NCBI GenBank assembly: GCA_964615345.1
Contig: CAZTMR010000004.1
Span: 16-62,386, forward strand
Source: an uncultured Dehalococcoidaceae bacterium
GTDB lineage: Bacteria > Chloroflexota > Dehalococcoidia > Dehalococcoidales > RBG-16-60-22
DNA length: 62,371 bases
Direction of reading: 5' to 3'
This document shows positions 21,216-32,797 of the stretch, piece after piece; the first letter of the stretch is position 1, and every line of letters begins with the position of its first letter. The notes beneath the pieces are model-generated. The model was given only the letters and a program-made list of their open reading frames with translations, had not been told where the DNA came from and made no database searches. Position numbers and translations under genes: made by a program.

Positions 21216-22223
21216 ATGTTAATGCTGGGTATTGAAACTTCCTGTGATGAAACGTCTGCGGCGCTGGTGGCAGATGGAAAACAGGTGTTATCCAATGTAA
21301 TCGCCACCCAACTGGACTTACTGGCCAGGTACGGCGGCGTTGTGCCGGAGATTGCCGCCCGCCGGCATACCGAACTTATCGGTTATGTCATCAAGGAAGC
21401 GGTGGAGACTGCCGGAAAGACTCTGTCCGATATCCGAGCCGTAGCCGTTACCGCCAGGCAGGGACTGGTAGGCTGCCTTCTGGTGGGTGCCGCCGCCGCC
21501 AAGACCCTCAGCTATTCCCTGGGAGTTCCCCTGGTGGGGATACACCACATAGAAGGGCATATCTTCGCCAATATGCTGGCCAATCCGCAATTGAACCCGC
21601 CGCACGTTTGTCTCACTGTTTCCGGCGGGCATACCATGCTCGTCTACGTCCGGGACTACTGCCGGTACGAGTTGATGGGAAGCACTCTGGATGATGCCGC
21701 CGGTGAAGCTTTCGATAAGATTGCTAAGTTTCTGGGATTGGGTTTTCCCGGAGGCCCTGTCATCGACCGGCTGGCGAAACAGGGAGACAGGCATTCGTTC
21801 AATTTTCCCCGCCCCTTGCTTTCCTCCCGGACGCTGGACTTCAGCTTTAGCGGGCTGAAGACTGCTGTTACCAACCGCTTCAAACGTCAGGTCGCCGGCA
21901 ACGAGGACCTGCCGCTGGCGGACATTGCCGCCAGCTTTCAGGAAACGGTTGTCGATGTCCTGGTAACCAAGACGCTCGAAGCAGCGGAGCAGGCAGGAGT
22001 AAAGACGGTAAGCGTAACCGGCGGCGTATCCGCCAACGGCCGGCTGCGGGAGGCATTCACTGACACCTGCCGGGAGAAAGGGCTAAACGTTTATTTCCCG
22101 GGTCTCTCTCTTTGTACGGATAACGCCGCGATGGTGGCGGCCGCCGGGCAGGCGCGTTACGAGCGTGGCGATATCTCTGACTTAAACCTTAACGTTGTCC
22201 CCAATGCTCCGCTGGAGGTCTGA
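21216..22223 (+). CDS. tsaD: t6A threonylcarbamoyltransferase
   Basis: IETSCDET, HHIEGH, SGGHT, DDAAGEAFDK, TDNAAM. Confidence 0.97.
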   Translation: MLMLGIETSCDETSAALVADGKQVLSNVIATQLDLLARYGGVVPEIAARRHTELIGYVIKEAVETAGKTLSDIRAVAVTARQGLVGCLLVGAAAAKTLSYSLGVPLVGIHHIEGHIFANMLANPQLNPPHVCLTVSGGHTMLVYVRDYCRYELMGSTLDDAAGEAFDKIAKFLGLGFPGGPVIDRLAKQGDRHSFNFPRPLLSSRTLDFSFSGLKTAVTNRFKRQVAGNEDLPLADIAASFQETVVDVLVTKTLEAAEQAGVKTVSVTGGVSANGRLREAFTDTCREKGLNVYFPGLSLCTDNAAMVAAAGQARYERGDISDLNLNVVPNAPLEV

Positions 22224-22224
22224 T

Positions 22225-22878
22225 ATGAAGGTTGAGATAGAGACGGTAGACCCTGAAGAACCTTCGGTTCGTCTTCTGGAAAGAGCGGCCAGGCACATCC
22301 TGAAAGGGCGGGTGGTGGTCTGCCCCACCGATACCGGCTACGCCTTTTCCGCAAACGCCCTGGATGCCAACGCCGTTTTCAAAGTGTTCAACCTGAAAGG
22401 GCGTGATTATTCCAACCCGATGCATATCGCGGTCGAATCTCTCGAGACTGCCGGAGAATATGCTCACCTGAACCGGGCGGCGGAACATCTTGCGCGCACC
22501 TATCTGCCAGGGGGATTGACTCTGGTGCTGCCGAAAAAAGAGATTATTCCCGCCCTGCTCGTTGCCGGAAAGGAGACCATCGGCATCAGGATACCGGATA
22601 ATAAAGTGGTGCTGGAGCTGGCCCGGATGACGGGTTTACCTCTTACCGCTACCAGTGCCAATCTCAGTGGTCATCCTGCCCCCTACGCGGTTCCGGAGAT
22701 AGCCGACCAGATGGGGGAAATACTGGAAGGCGTGTCCCTGGTCCTGGACCAGGGACCGTTGCCGGTGCGCGAGTCCTCTACCATAATCGATTTGACGGTT
22801 AACCCGCCCCAGCTTTTGCGTCAGGGGAAAGTAAGCTGGCTGGAAATACGCCAGGTTTTACAATCCCTGAAAGATTGA
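22225..22878 (+). CDS. tsaC: threonylcarbamoyl-AMP synthase (YrdC domain only)
   Basis: PTDTGY, KGR, GIRIP, TSANLSG, STIID. Confidence 0.93.
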   Translation: MKVEIETVDPEEPSVRLLERAARHILKGRVVVCPTDTGYAFSANALDANAVFKVFNLKGRDYSNPMHIAVESLETAGEYAHLNRAAEHLARTYLPGGLTLVLPKKEIIPALLVAGKETIGIRIPDNKVVLELARMTGLPLTATSANLSGHPAPYAVPEIADQMGEILEGVSLVLDQGPLPVRESSTIIDLTVNPPQLLRQGKVSWLEIRQVLQSLKD

Positions 22879-22912
22879 ATCCGAACGAACCAAACGCCTG
22901 TATCATTCAGGT

Positions 22913-22942
22913 TTGACACTCAGCGTCGTTTCGTGTTATGTT
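22913..22942 (+). promoter_or_regulatory. sigma70-type promoter of the ilv-leu operon
   Basis: TTGACA, 18 nt, TATGTT with extended -10 TG. Confidence 0.55.
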
Positions 22943-23054
22943 TAGACACGGGCTGCAGCTTTGCTTCCGACTTTTTCAAGTCCGGATACTTGGGTAGCTC
23001 CTTTTTTTATACTATAAATGAAAAATTTGATATATCTGACAGGGGAAGAGTAAC

Positions 23055-24716
23055 GTGAAAAGTGACGCGGTGAAAAAAGGAATAGAACGGGCACCACACC
23101 GTTCGCTACTTTACGCTCTGGGCTGTACCCGGAGTGAAATGGATAAGCCTTTCATCGGGGTTATTAATAGCTTCAGCGAGATTGTCCCCGGGCATAAACA
23201 CCTTCCCGGCATTGCCGAAACGGTGAAAGCAGGCGTGCGGGAGGCGGGTGGCGTTCCCTTTGAAGTTAACACCATTGCTTTGTGCGACGGAATAGTGATG
23301 AACCACTCCGGGATGAAATACAGCCTGCCCAGCAGGGAAATAATCGCGGATTCCGTGGAAACAGTGGCGGAAGCGCACGCCTTTGATGCTCTGGTATTTA
23401 TTCCGAACTGCGATAAAATAGTTCCCGGAATGCTCATGGCCGCAGCCAGGCTGGACCTGCCCTCCATTTTTGTCAGCGGCGGGCCGATGATGGCGGGGAA
23501 TTACGGCGATGACGGTCAGAAAGTAGACCTGATATCCGTCTTCGAGGCCGTGGGGCAGGTTGTCACCGGGAATATGACTGAAGAAAAGCTGAGCGAGATG
23601 GAACAGGTGGCGTGCCCGGGGTGCGGCAGTTGTGCCGGCATGTTTACCGCCAACACGATGAACTGTATGACCGAGGTTCTGGGACTGGGTCTACCGGGCA
23701 ATGGCACCATACCGGCCGTTGACGCCCGGCGACAGGGTCTGGCCAGGGATGCCGGGAGAAGAATCGTAAAGCTTCTGGAGGAAGATGTCCGACCCCATGA
23801 CTTGCTTGGCCGTGACTCTTTTGCCAACGCCTTCACTGTGGACATGGCGCTTGGGGCCAGCACCAATTCCGTACTGCACCTGATGGCCGTCGCCCATGAG
23901 GCGGGGGTCAGTTTCCCCCTGGCGGAGATAAATGATATCAGCCAGAATACGCCCTGCCTGTGTAAAATAGCTCCGGCCGGGCCGGACCGTATGGAAGACC
24001 TTGACCGGGCGGGAGGCATACCCGCCGTAATGCACGAGTTGCGTGGAATGCTGAAACTTGACCTGAAGACGGTCACTGGCGGAACCATCGCCGAAAACAT
24101 CGCTCATAGCCGGGTGAAAAACAGCCAGGTGATTCGTCATATCGATAATCCTTTTTCGCCTACCGGGGGACTGGCCATACTCTTCGGTAACCTGGCGCCC
24201 GGAGGTGCCGTTGTCCGCAGGTCAGCGGTGGCCTCGGATATGCTCGTTCACCGCGGCCCTGCCCGCGTCTTTGATTCCGAAGAGGAAGCTACTAAAGCGA
24301 TTATGGGGCATAAAATCAATACCGGAGACATAATTATCATCCGCTATGAAGGCCCAAAGGGCGGCCCCGGCATGCGAGAGATGCTCACTCCCACCTCTCT
24401 CCTGAGTGGAATGGGTATCGATGATAAAGTCGCCCTGGTCACTGACGGCCGGTTTTCCGGCGGTTCTCGCGGAGCGGCCATCGGGCACGTTTCTCCGGAA
24501 GCTGCCGCCCGGGGGCCGATCGCGGCGCTTAAAGAAGGTGATATGATTAACATAGACATCCCCAACTACAAACTTGAAGCAGACCTTTCTGATTCAGAAA
24601 TAACTGCCCGTCTGGCGGAACTGGATGACTTTGAACCGAGGATAAAGAAGGGCTATCTCAGATACTACGCTGAAAGGGTGACTTCAGCCAGTACCGGGGC
24701 AGTATTTAGCGGATAA
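23055..24716 (+). CDS. ilvD: dihydroxy-acid dehydratase
   Basis: [31 protein letters not shown]. Confidence 0.97.
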   Translation: MKSDAVKKGIERAPHRSLLYALGCTRSEMDKPFIGVINSFSEIVPGHKHLPGIAETVKAGVREAGGVPFEVNTIALCDGIVMNHSGMKYSLPSREIIADSVETVAEAHAFDALVFIPNCDKIVPGMLMAAARLDLPSIFVSGGPMMAGNYGDDGQKVDLISVFEAVGQVVTGNMTEEKLSEMEQVACPGCGSCAGMFTANTMNCMTEVLGLGLPGNGTIPAVDARRQGLARDAGRRIVKLLEEDVRPHDLLGRDSFANAFTVDMALGASTNSVLHLMAVAHEAGVSFPLAEINDISQNTPCLCKIAPAGPDRMEDLDRAGGIPAVMHELRGMLKLDLKTVTGGTIAENIAHSRVKNSQVIRHIDNPFSPTGGLAILFGNLAPGGAVVRRSAVASDMLVHRGPARVFDSEEEATKAIMGHKINTGDIIIIRYEGPKGGPGMREMLTPTSLLSGMGIDDKVALVTDGRFSGGSRGAAIGHVSPEAAARGPIAALKEGDMINIDIPNYKLEADLSDSEITARLAELDDFEPRIKKGYLRYYAERVTSASTGAVFSG

Positions 24717-24728
24717 AGGAGGCCGACA

Positions 24729-26453
24729 ATGAAGATGACTGGTGCCCAGATGCTCTTCCAGGGAATGCTTGAAGAGGGCGTAGAAGTTATCTTCGGCATT
24801 CCGGGCGGTTCGGTCATTCCGCTCTACGATACTTTGCCCCAATATCCGCAAATTCGCCACGTGCTGGTACGTCACGAGCAGTGCGCTGCCCATGCCGCGG
24901 ACGGTTACGCCCGCGCCACCGGTAAAGTAGGTATTTGCCTGGCCACTTCCGGGCCCGGAGCTACCAATCTGGTAACCGGCCTGGCCAATGCTTTTCTCGA
25001 TTCGGTTCCCATGGTGGCGATAACCGGGCAGGTGGCCAGCTCATACATCGGCAAAGACGCTTTCCAGGAGACCGATATCACCGGTATTACTCTACCCATT
25101 ACCAAGCACAACTACCTGGTGCTTGATGTTAGCCAGCTACCCTCTGTCATCAAACAGGCCTTTCATCTGGCAAGAACCGGACGTCCGGGTCCGGTACTGA
25201 TTGACATTCCCCGTAACATATTCCTGGAACAGGCCGAATATCATTACCCGAGCGAAGTAGATTTACCGGGCTATAAACCGACCCTGCACGGACATCCTGC
25301 TCAGATTAAGAAAGCGGCCAAGCTGATAAACGAGGCAGAACGTCCGGTCATCGTTGCCGGGAGAGGGGTTATCGTTTCCAGAGCCGAAGAAGAACTGAAA
25401 CAACTGGCGGAAACCCCCCAGGTGCCGGTGGTAACCACTTTGCTCGGCATCGGCTGTTTCCCGGAGCACCATGTTCTGAGCTATGGGATGGCCGGAATGC
25501 ATGGAATGGCCTATGCCAATCTGGCGATAGATAAAGCTGACCTGATTGTGGCCATCGGTATGCGGTTTGATGACCGGTTTACCGGTAAGATAGGCGGTTT
25601 CGCTCCGCGTGCCCGTGTCATTCACATTGATATTGACCCGGCGGAGATTGGAAAGAATGTTCACGTGGATGTACCCATAGTTGGCGACGTGAAACTGGTG
25701 CTCAAGGACTTGAATAAAATGACTAAAACTGCAGAGCACGGGAAGTGGATAGAAGAACTGGAGAACTGGCGCAGAGAGCGCCCCTCCATGGAAATCAGGG
25801 ATGTGGACGGAATATTGCCCCAGTATGTCGTGCGCCAGATATATGAGGCCACTCAGGGCAATGCCATCATCGCTACCGGGGTAGGCCAGCACCAGATGTG
25901 GGCGGCGCAGCAGTACTACTTCAACCGGCCCAATTCCTTTATTTCGTCCGGCGGACTGGGTGCGATGGGATTTGGCCTGCCTGCGGCTATGGGAGCTAAC
26001 ATCGGGGTGCCGGATGTTACTACCTGGTGTATCGATGGTGACGGCGGTTTTCAAATGACCCTCCAGGAGCTCGCTACCATCGTTCAGGAAAAAGCGGCCG
26101 TCAAAATAGCGATTATGAATAACGGGTACCTGGGAATGGTCAGGCAATGGCAGGAGATGTTCTATAAACGGCGCTACGTGGCGACCCCGCTATCCTGTCC
26201 TGATTTTGTCAAAATTGCGGAAGGCTATTGTATTCCCGGCCTGAAGGTCACCAGAAAGCAGGACGTGCTGCCGGCTATACAGCAGGCGATGGGCCATGAA
26301 GGACCGTTCTTGATTGACTTTATGGTGGAACCGGAAGAAAACGTTTATCCCATGGTGCCTCCGGGCGCTGCCCTGGCGGAGCAGCTGGAACAGCCGCAGA
26401 AGAGAGCCAGGGCAATCGTTGATTCCACTAAACTGCCGGTGAGTAACATTTAG
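24729..26453 (+). CDS. ilvB: acetolactate synthase large subunit
   Basis: RHEQ, TSGPGATN, RFDDR, GDGG...NN, GMVRQWQ. Confidence 0.97.
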   Translation: MKMTGAQMLFQGMLEEGVEVIFGIPGGSVIPLYDTLPQYPQIRHVLVRHEQCAAHAADGYARATGKVGICLATSGPGATNLVTGLANAFLDSVPMVAITGQVASSYIGKDAFQETDITGITLPITKHNYLVLDVSQLPSVIKQAFHLARTGRPGPVLIDIPRNIFLEQAEYHYPSEVDLPGYKPTLHGHPAQIKKAAKLINEAERPVIVAGRGVIVSRAEEELKQLAETPQVPVVTTLLGIGCFPEHHVLSYGMAGMHGMAYANLAIDKADLIVAIGMRFDDRFTGKIGGFAPRARVIHIDIDPAEIGKNVHVDVPIVGDVKLVLKDLNKMTKTAEHGKWIEELENWRRERPSMEIRDVDGILPQYVVRQIYEATQGNAIIATGVGQHQMWAAQQYYFNRPNSFISSGGLGAMGFGLPAAMGANIGVPDVTTWCIDGDGGFQMTLQELATIVQEKAAVKIAIMNNGYLGMVRQWQEMFYKRRYVATPLSCPDFVKIAEGYCIPGLKVTRKQDVLPAIQQAMGHEGPFLIDFMVEPEENVYPMVPPGAALAEQLEQPQKRARAIVDSTKLPVSNI

Positions 26454-26472
26454 TATTGTAGAAGGTGCTATA

Positions 26473-26748
26473 ATGGCTGCAACCAAACACATATTGCTGG
26501 CGCTGGTGGAAGACAAACCGGGTGTATTGAACCGGATGGCCAGTGTTTTCCGCCGGCGTGGCTTCAATATCCAGAGCGTGAACGTGCTGGAGACCATGGA
26601 GCCGGAAAGTACCGAGCGTCCGGGCCTGACGCGGGTCGCCATCGTGGTGGCCGGCTCCGCCAGCATGGTCGGTCCGGTCAGGAAGCAACTGGAAAAGATA
26701 ATAGACGTAGTCAAGGTGTCCGATATTTCAACCCGGGACGCCATCTAG
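26473..26748 (+). CDS. ACT-only AHAS small-subunit paralog
   Basis: VEDKPGVLNR, RRRGFNIQS, KQLEK. Confidence 0.85.
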   Translation: MAATKHILLALVEDKPGVLNRMASVFRRRGFNIQSVNVLETMEPESTERPGLTRVAIVVAGSASMVGPVRKQLEKIIDVVKVSDISTRDAI

Positions 26749-26790
26749 AAACTGACTGATACCGGGCGGCTGAACGGAAGAAGCGGGATA

Positions 26791-27300
26791 ATGGCTAAAG
26801 GAAGACATACTATAGTTGCCCTGGTTGGAAACAAGCCGGGGGTACTGACCAGAATGGCCAGCCTCTTCCGGCGGCGTGGCTATAACATTGAAAGCATCGC
26901 CGTTGGGCATAGTGAAATACCGGAGCTGTCCCGGATGACCATCGTCGTCAACGGTACGGATACGTTGCTGGAGCAGGTCAGAAAACAGCTGAGCAAGGTA
27001 GTGGACGTCGTCAAAGTGGTTGACGTCACCGGGGATAACATCACCGCCCGGGAACTGGCATTGATAAAAGTGAAAGCCACCTCCTCAACGCGGAGCGAAA
27101 TAATTGAGATAGTGGATATTTTCCGGGCGAGCATCGTTGATGTTTCTCCGGACTCGTTGACCGTTGAGATTACCGGCGATGAAGAAAAAGTGGAATCATT
27201 GTTAAAATTACTGCGCAATTTCGGTATCAGGGAGATTGCCCGGACCGGACGCATCGTAATGCCCCGTGGTCAGCCGCGTCCGAGCCGAAAGACAGCCTGA
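26791..27300 (+). CDS. ilvN: acetolactate synthase small subunit (full length)
   Basis: NKPGVLTR, RRRGYNIES, RELALIKV, EIARTG. Confidence 0.95.
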   Translation: MAKGRHTIVALVGNKPGVLTRMASLFRRRGYNIESIAVGHSEIPELSRMTIVVNGTDTLLEQVRKQLSKVVDVVKVVDVTGDNITARELALIKVKATSSTRSEIIEIVDIFRASIVDVSPDSLTVEITGDEEKVESLLKLLRNFGIREIARTGRIVMPRGQPRPSRKTA

Positions 27301-27458
27301 TAATAAGACGGGAGGTCAAAGAAAGCAGCATTATAGTAAGAAAGAGTTGGTACGGAACAACAGACTTTAACAGCAGGTAAGAAGTTATTCCAGATAATAA
27401 ACCGGGTTTCTAACCCCCTGATGCCGGGGTAGAAAAATAATAAGCAAGGAGAGTTTCT

Positions 27459-28451
27459 ATGGCCAAGGTTTACTACGAAAAAGACCTGGACAGCGATTTA
27501 CTGAAAGGGAAGACGATTGCCGTCATTGGCTACGGGAGTCAGGGGCGCGCTCAGGCTTTGAACCTTAAAGACAGCGGCTATCAGGTGATAGTTGGTCTGC
27601 ACGAAGGCAGCAAGAGCAAAAGCAGGGCGGAGTCTGAAGGCGTAAAAGTGACCAGCGTGGCCGAGGCGGCCAAAGCAGGCGATGTTGTCATGGTGCTGGC
27701 CCCGGACGAGGTACAGCAGGATATCTACCTAAACTCAATAGAACCCGGGTTGACCCGGGGTAACATGCTGATGTTTTCCCACGGGTTCAATATCCACTAT
27801 GGCCAAATATTCCCGCCGGCCGATGTGGATGTAACCATGATTGCACCCAAGAGTCCGGGAAACCAGGTCCGCGAGTTCTTTACCCAGGATATCGGTGTGC
27901 CGGCGCTGGTTGCCGTGCAGCAGGATCCTTCCGGAGAAGCCAGGTTAAAAGCGCTGGCTTATGCCAAAGGTATCGGCTGTCTGCGTGCCGGAGTGCTGGA
28001 GACAACTTTTGCCGAAGAGACCGAGACTGACCTTTTCGGTGAGCAATCAATACTTTGCGGCGGGGTCACCTCATTGCTTAAAGCCACTTTCGAGACCCTG
28101 GTGGAAGCGGGTTATCAGTCGGAACTGGCCTATTTTGAGTGCCTGCACGAGCTGAAACTCATCGTTGACCTTATCTATAAGGGCGGCCTTACCTTTATGC
28201 GCGATTCGGTAAGCTATACCGCCAAATACGGTGATTATACCCGTGGCCCGCGGGTTATCGACGATATGGTAAGGGAAAACCTGCAGGAAGTGCTGTCCGA
28301 GATACAGGACGGTACCTTTGCCCGGGAATGGATTTTAGAGAATAAAGCCGGACGCCCGGTTTACAATGCTTTGCGGCGCCGGGAGCTGGAACACCCTATC
28401 GAGATAGTCGGTAAAGAACTCAGGAAAATGATGCCCTGGCTTCAGGACTGA
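27459..28451 (+). CDS. ilvC: ketol-acid reductoisomerase
   Basis: [23 protein letters not shown]. Confidence 0.97.
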   Translation: MAKVYYEKDLDSDLLKGKTIAVIGYGSQGRAQALNLKDSGYQVIVGLHEGSKSKSRAESEGVKVTSVAEAAKAGDVVMVLAPDEVQQDIYLNSIEPGLTRGNMLMFSHGFNIHYGQIFPPADVDVTMIAPKSPGNQVREFFTQDIGVPALVAVQQDPSGEARLKALAYAKGIGCLRAGVLETTFAEETETDLFGEQSILCGGVTSLLKATFETLVEAGYQSELAYFECLHELKLIVDLIYKGGLTFMRDSVSYTAKYGDYTRGPRVIDDMVRENLQEVLSEIQDGTFAREWILENKAGRPVYNALRRRELEHPIEIVGKELRKMMPWLQD

Positions 28452-28493
28452 TCAAGACAGCGCAAATCGTCGCGTCCGTGAAAAGCAGAGGGA

Positions 28494-30008
28494 ATGATGG
28501 ATAAGGTAATTGTCTTTGATACTACTTTGCGGGATGGCGAGCAGGCCGCGGGGGGAAGCCTTAACCTTCAGGAGAAACTGGAGGTGGCCAGACAGCTGGA
28601 AAAACTCGGAGTGGACGTCATCGAGGCCGGCTTCCCCATCAGCTCCCAGGGTGACTTTGAGGCAGTGAGCCTGGTTGCCCGGGAGATAAAAAACTCGGTC
28701 GTCTGCGGATTGGCGCGGGCTAATCCAAAAGACATAGACCGGGCCTGGGAAGCGGTAAAAAAGGCGAAACAGCCGAGAATACACGTCTTCGTCTCTTCCT
28801 CGGACATTCACCTTATGCACGTGCTGAAGAAAAGTCGTGATGAAATTCTGCAAGCAGTCAAAGAAGCCGTCTCCCGCGCCAAAAAATATACCGGTGACAT
28901 CGAGTTTTCACCGATGGACGCTACCCGTACCGAGCCTTCTTATCTTCACCAGATACTGGAAGCCGCCATCAGTGCCGGAGCGACGACGGTCAACATTCCG
29001 GACACCATGGGATACGCCATCCCGGATGAATTCGGTGGGATGATTGACGGGATTTACCAGCATGTTCCCAATATTTATAAAGCGGTAATCAGCGTGCATT
29101 GCCATAATGATTTGGGGCTGGCGGTGGCCAATACCCTGGAGTCGGTAAGGCACGGCGTCCGGCAGGTGGAATGTACCGTGAACGGCATCGGAGAAAGGGC
29201 GGGAAACGCTTCTCTTGAAGAAATCGTGATGGCCATCAAGACCCGGGGAGACTTTTTCCATCTCGGCACGGATATTGATACCACCCAGATATACCGGTCC
29301 AGCCGACTGGTTAGCGAGCTAACCGGATTTTCGGTGCAACCGAACAAGGCCATCGTCGGCGCGAACGCCTTCCGCCACGAGTCAGGGATTCATCAGGACG
29401 GTGTCATCAAGATGCCGATAACTTTCGAGATAATCGACCCGAAAACAGTCGGCGTGCCGGCGAGCAGCTTGGTACTGGGCAAACTGAGTGGCCGGCACGC
29501 TTTCCGGGAGAGGCTATTCGAGCTGGGATACAGCCTGAACGAGGAGGATTTTAACCGGACCTTTATTGCTTTCAAGGAACTGGCGGATAAGAAAAAGAAC
29601 ATCACCGACCGTGATATTGAGTCGCTGGTCGCCGAAGAAAAGCGTACCGTATCAGAAGTATATCACCTCGACCGGATCCAGGTTTCCTGCGGCGATAGGG
29701 GTATTCCCACCGCTTCCGTAATCTTGGGTGTGCCCGATGGCAAGACCATGGCCGAAGCCGCCATCGGTACGGGTCCGGTAGACGCCGTTTTTAAGGCTAT
29801 TGACAAGATAGTTGGCGTACCCAACACGCTCATCGAGTTCACTGTGAAATCGATTACTGAAGGTATCGATGCCATTGGTGAAGTGGTGGTCCGGATTGAA
29901 AGCGATGGCACTACCTATACCGGGCGGGGCGCGGACACCGATATTATCGTGGCGAGCGCCAAGGCGTATATCAATTCTCTCAACCGCCTGACGGCTGCTC
30001 AAAGCTAA
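28494..30008 (+). CDS. leuA: 2-isopropylmalate synthase
   Basis: [29 protein letters not shown], regulatory domain. Confidence 0.96.
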   Translation: MMDKVIVFDTTLRDGEQAAGGSLNLQEKLEVARQLEKLGVDVIEAGFPISSQGDFEAVSLVAREIKNSVVCGLARANPKDIDRAWEAVKKAKQPRIHVFVSSSDIHLMHVLKKSRDEILQAVKEAVSRAKKYTGDIEFSPMDATRTEPSYLHQILEAAISAGATTVNIPDTMGYAIPDEFGGMIDGIYQHVPNIYKAVISVHCHNDLGLAVANTLESVRHGVRQVECTVNGIGERAGNASLEEIVMAIKTRGDFFHLGTDIDTTQIYRSSRLVSELTGFSVQPNKAIVGANAFRHESGIHQDGVIKMPITFEIIDPKTVGVPASSLVLGKLSGRHAFRERLFELGYSLNEEDFNRTFIAFKELADKKKNITDRDIESLVAEEKRTVSEVYHLDRIQVSCGDRGIPTASVILGVPDGKTMAEAAIGTGPVDAVFKAIDKIVGVPNTLIEFTVKSITEGIDAIGEVVVRIESDGTTYTGRGADTDIIVASAKAYINSLNRLTAAQS

Positions 30009-30028
30009 CAGCATCCGGGGGTGTGGCG

Positions 30029-30427
30029 ATGATAGCCGAGATTGACATAATACTGCGTCTTCTGCTGGCTGTGGTGCTGGGAGGTGTCATCGGCTTCCAG
30101 AGAGAAAAGGCAGGCAAACAGGCTGGCTTAAGGACAATTACCCTGATATGTGTCGGCGCGGCATTGTTCGCCATTGTTTCCGCTCACGCTTTTGAAACCG
30201 ATGATACGGCAAGAATTGCTTCCGGAGTGGTCGCCGGCATCGGCTTTCTGGGCGCCGGCACTATCATCCGGGGCGGGGAAGGGATGGTAGCTGGGCTGAC
30301 TACCGCAGCTACCATCTGGGCGGTGGCCGGTATCGGCTTGGCGGTGGGTGCTGGTATGTACATAACGGCGCCGGTCGCCACGGTGATAATATTGCTTATT
30401 TTGATTCTACCGCACTTCGGTAAATAA
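30029..30427 (+). CDS. MgtC/SapB family membrane protein
   Basis: AGLRT, GIGFLGAG, GLTTAA. Confidence 0.9.
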   Translation: MIAEIDIILRLLLAVVLGGVIGFQREKAGKQAGLRTITLICVGAALFAIVSAHAFETDDTARIASGVVAGIGFLGAGTIIRGGEGMVAGLTTAATIWAVAGIGLAVGAGMYITAPVATVIILLILILPHFGK

Positions 30428-30463
30428 TCCGCGATAAGGCAAAAATTGAGGGAGAGAAATCAG

Positions 30464-31723
30464 ATGACACTGGCTGAAAAGATACTGGCGGCGCACTGCG
30501 GTAAAGACAGAGTGAGTCCGGGCGAGTTCATAAACGCCCGTGTGGATATCGTAATGGCCAATGACATCACCGCGCCGATTTCCATCCGGGAGTTCCGCCG
30601 CATCGGTGTTAGCAAGATATTTGACCCGGAGAAAATAGTTCTGGTGCCTGATCATTTTACCCCCAATAAAGATATTACTTCTGCGGAAAACTCCAGAATG
30701 ATGCGTGAATTTGCCCGCGAGCAAGGTACCGTCTATTTCGAAGTCGGCCAGAAATGCGGCATCGAGCACGCCCTTTTGCCAGAGCAGGGCCTGGCCCTTC
30801 CCGGGGAAATAATCATCGGCGGGGACTCTCACACCTGCACTTACGGGGCGCTGGGCGCTTTCGCCACCGGTATGGGCTCTACCGATATCGCTGCAGCCAT
30901 GGCTACCGGAGACACCTGGCTTAAAGTCCCTCCCACCATAAAACTGGTCTATCACGGCCGACTCATGGAATGGGTCGGCGGGAAGGACCTGATTCTTTTT
31001 ACCATCGGCAATATCGGCGTGGACGGGGCCCTGTATTCAGCGATTGAATTTACCGGGGAGGCGATTGATAATCTGTCCATGGACGGACGGCTTACCATGG
31101 CCAATATGGCCATTGAAGCGGGTGGCAAGGCCGGCCTTTTCCAGGCGGATGATAAGACAAAGGCTTATCTGAAAGACCGGGCCAGGCATCCTTTCCAGAC
31201 GTACGAACCGGACACGGATGCCGAATACGCCAGGGTGATTGAATATGATGTATCGGAAATGGAGCCTCAGGTCTCTTTACCCGGTTCCCCGGCCAATGCT
31301 ACTCCGGTGAGTAAAGTGGGAAACGTGGCGGTAGACCAGGCGGTCATCGGCAGCTGTACCAACGGCCGACTGGAAGATCTGCGGGCTGCCGCGACAGTCC
31401 TGAGAGGAAAACAGGTAAATCCGAACGTCCGCTGCCTTGTCTTTCCGGCCACTCAGCAGATTTACCTGGACGCGCTGGCCGAGGGACTTATTGAGACGTT
31501 TGTCAAAGCTGGTGCCGCGGTCAGTACCCCCACCTGCGGCCCCTGCGCCGGACTGCATATGGGTATCCTGGCGGCAGGTGAGCGCTGCATTTCTACCACC
31601 AATCGTAACTTTATCAGCCGGATGGGTAGCCCCAAATCGGAACTCTATCTGTCCGGGCCGGCAGTAGCGGCGGCGAGTGCGGTAGCCGGCAGGATAATCG
31701 CACCCGGAGAGATAGCGAGCTAG
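30464..31723 (+). CDS. leuC: 3-isopropylmalate dehydratase large subunit
   Basis: DSHTC, GSCTNGR, CGPCAG, TNRNF. Confidence 0.95.
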   Translation: MTLAEKILAAHCGKDRVSPGEFINARVDIVMANDITAPISIREFRRIGVSKIFDPEKIVLVPDHFTPNKDITSAENSRMMREFAREQGTVYFEVGQKCGIEHALLPEQGLALPGEIIIGGDSHTCTYGALGAFATGMGSTDIAAAMATGDTWLKVPPTIKLVYHGRLMEWVGGKDLILFTIGNIGVDGALYSAIEFTGEAIDNLSMDGRLTMANMAIEAGGKAGLFQADDKTKAYLKDRARHPFQTYEPDTDAEYARVIEYDVSEMEPQVSLPGSPANATPVSKVGNVAVDQAVIGSCTNGRLEDLRAAATVLRGKQVNPNVRCLVFPATQQIYLDALAEGLIETFVKAGAAVSTPTCGPCAGLHMGILAAGERCISTTNRNFISRMGSPKSELYLSGPAVAAASAVAGRIIAPGEIAS

Positions 31724-31814
31724 CGACGAACCTGGTAGTAGCTGGTCGATAGAATCACCCTTGCCAGCAGCACTCTCCGTTTCTGGCCGGGAGCCGGCGA
31801 TGCGGGAAAGAACA

Positions 31815-32273
31815 ATGCGCAAAAAAGAGAAGGAAATTACCGATATCGGGGAAATCGAAAGCATAATCGCCGGCGCTGATGTTTGTCGCATTGGCTTCGT
31901 TGACGGAGATGAGCCTTATATCGTGCCGGTATCTTTCGGCTATGATGGCAAAGCCATTTATTTTCACTGCGCCCTGGAAGGAAGAAAGATAGACCTTATC
32001 AGGGAAAACAGCCGGGTCTGCTTTGAGCTCGATACCGATGCGGTGATAAAAAGGTCTGCCAATGCCTGTGACTGGGGAGCAAAATACCGTAGTGTTATGG
32101 GGACCGGGAGGGCATCTTTACTGACGGATAACGAAGAGAAAGTTCGCGGCTTGAATGTAATCATGAAGCATTATTCCCCCGCGGAATTTAGTTTTCCCCC
32201 GGCGAAGCTAGAGTCCACGCTGGTAGTCAGAATCGATATCGACAGTATCAGTGGTAAAAAGTCGGGGTATTAA
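31815..32273 (+). CDS. pyridoxamine 5'-phosphate oxidase/NimA-like flavin-binding protein
   Basis: PYIVPVSFG, YFHCALEGRK, YRSVMG, ISGK. Confidence 0.88.
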   Translation: MRKKEKEITDIGEIESIIAGADVCRIGFVDGDEPYIVPVSFGYDGKAIYFHCALEGRKIDLIRENSRVCFELDTDAVIKRSANACDWGAKYRSVMGTGRASLLTDNEEKVRGLNVIMKHYSPAEFSFPPAKLESTLVVRIDIDSISGKKSGY

Positions 32274-32295
32274 ACGGGTAAAGGAGGCAACGCAA

Positions 32296-32796
32296 ATGGT
32301 AAAAGGGACTGTGCACAAATACGGCGCTGACTTTGATACGGATGCCATAATTCCCGGGCACTATTTGAACCTTACCACGAGCGAAGAGCTTGCCAGGCAC
32401 TGTATGGAGGATGTCGACCCGGAATTCCTTTCCCGGATGAAACCGGGGGATATCGTCATGGCGATGACCAACTTTGGCTGCGGCTCATCACGGGAGCATG
32501 CCCCGATGGCGCTGAAAGGAGCCGGTGTAGCCTGTGTTATCGCCAAGAGCTTTGCCCGCATCTTTTTCCGGAACGCCATCAACATAGGTCTGCCTCTGCT
32601 GGAGTGCGCGGAAGCGGTGGACAATACCGAGGCGGGCGATACTCTGGAAATTGACCTGTCTTCCGGAAAGATCCATAATCTCACCCGGGGGAAAACTTTT
32701 ACCGCTGCCGCCTACCCGGAATTTATGGGGGAACTGATTGCGGCGGGAGGACTGATTGAATATACCCGGAAAAGATTATCTGGAAAGGGAGTATAG
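32296..32796 (+). CDS. leuD: 3-isopropylmalate dehydratase small subunit
   Basis: DTDAIIP, NFGCGSSREHA, FARIFFRN. Confidence 0.96.
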   Translation: MVKGTVHKYGADFDTDAIIPGHYLNLTTSEELARHCMEDVDPEFLSRMKPGDIVMAMTNFGCGSSREHAPMALKGAGVACVIAKSFARIFFRNAINIGLPLLECAEAVDNTEAGDTLEIDLSSGKIHNLTRGKTFTAAAYPEFMGELIAAGGLIEYTRKRLSGKGV

Positions 32797-32797
32797 T

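Noticed and set aside
30029-32273. mgtC-like and flavin-binding genes interleaved in the leu operon
   Set aside because: Common operon passengers with no sequence evidence of a functional link.
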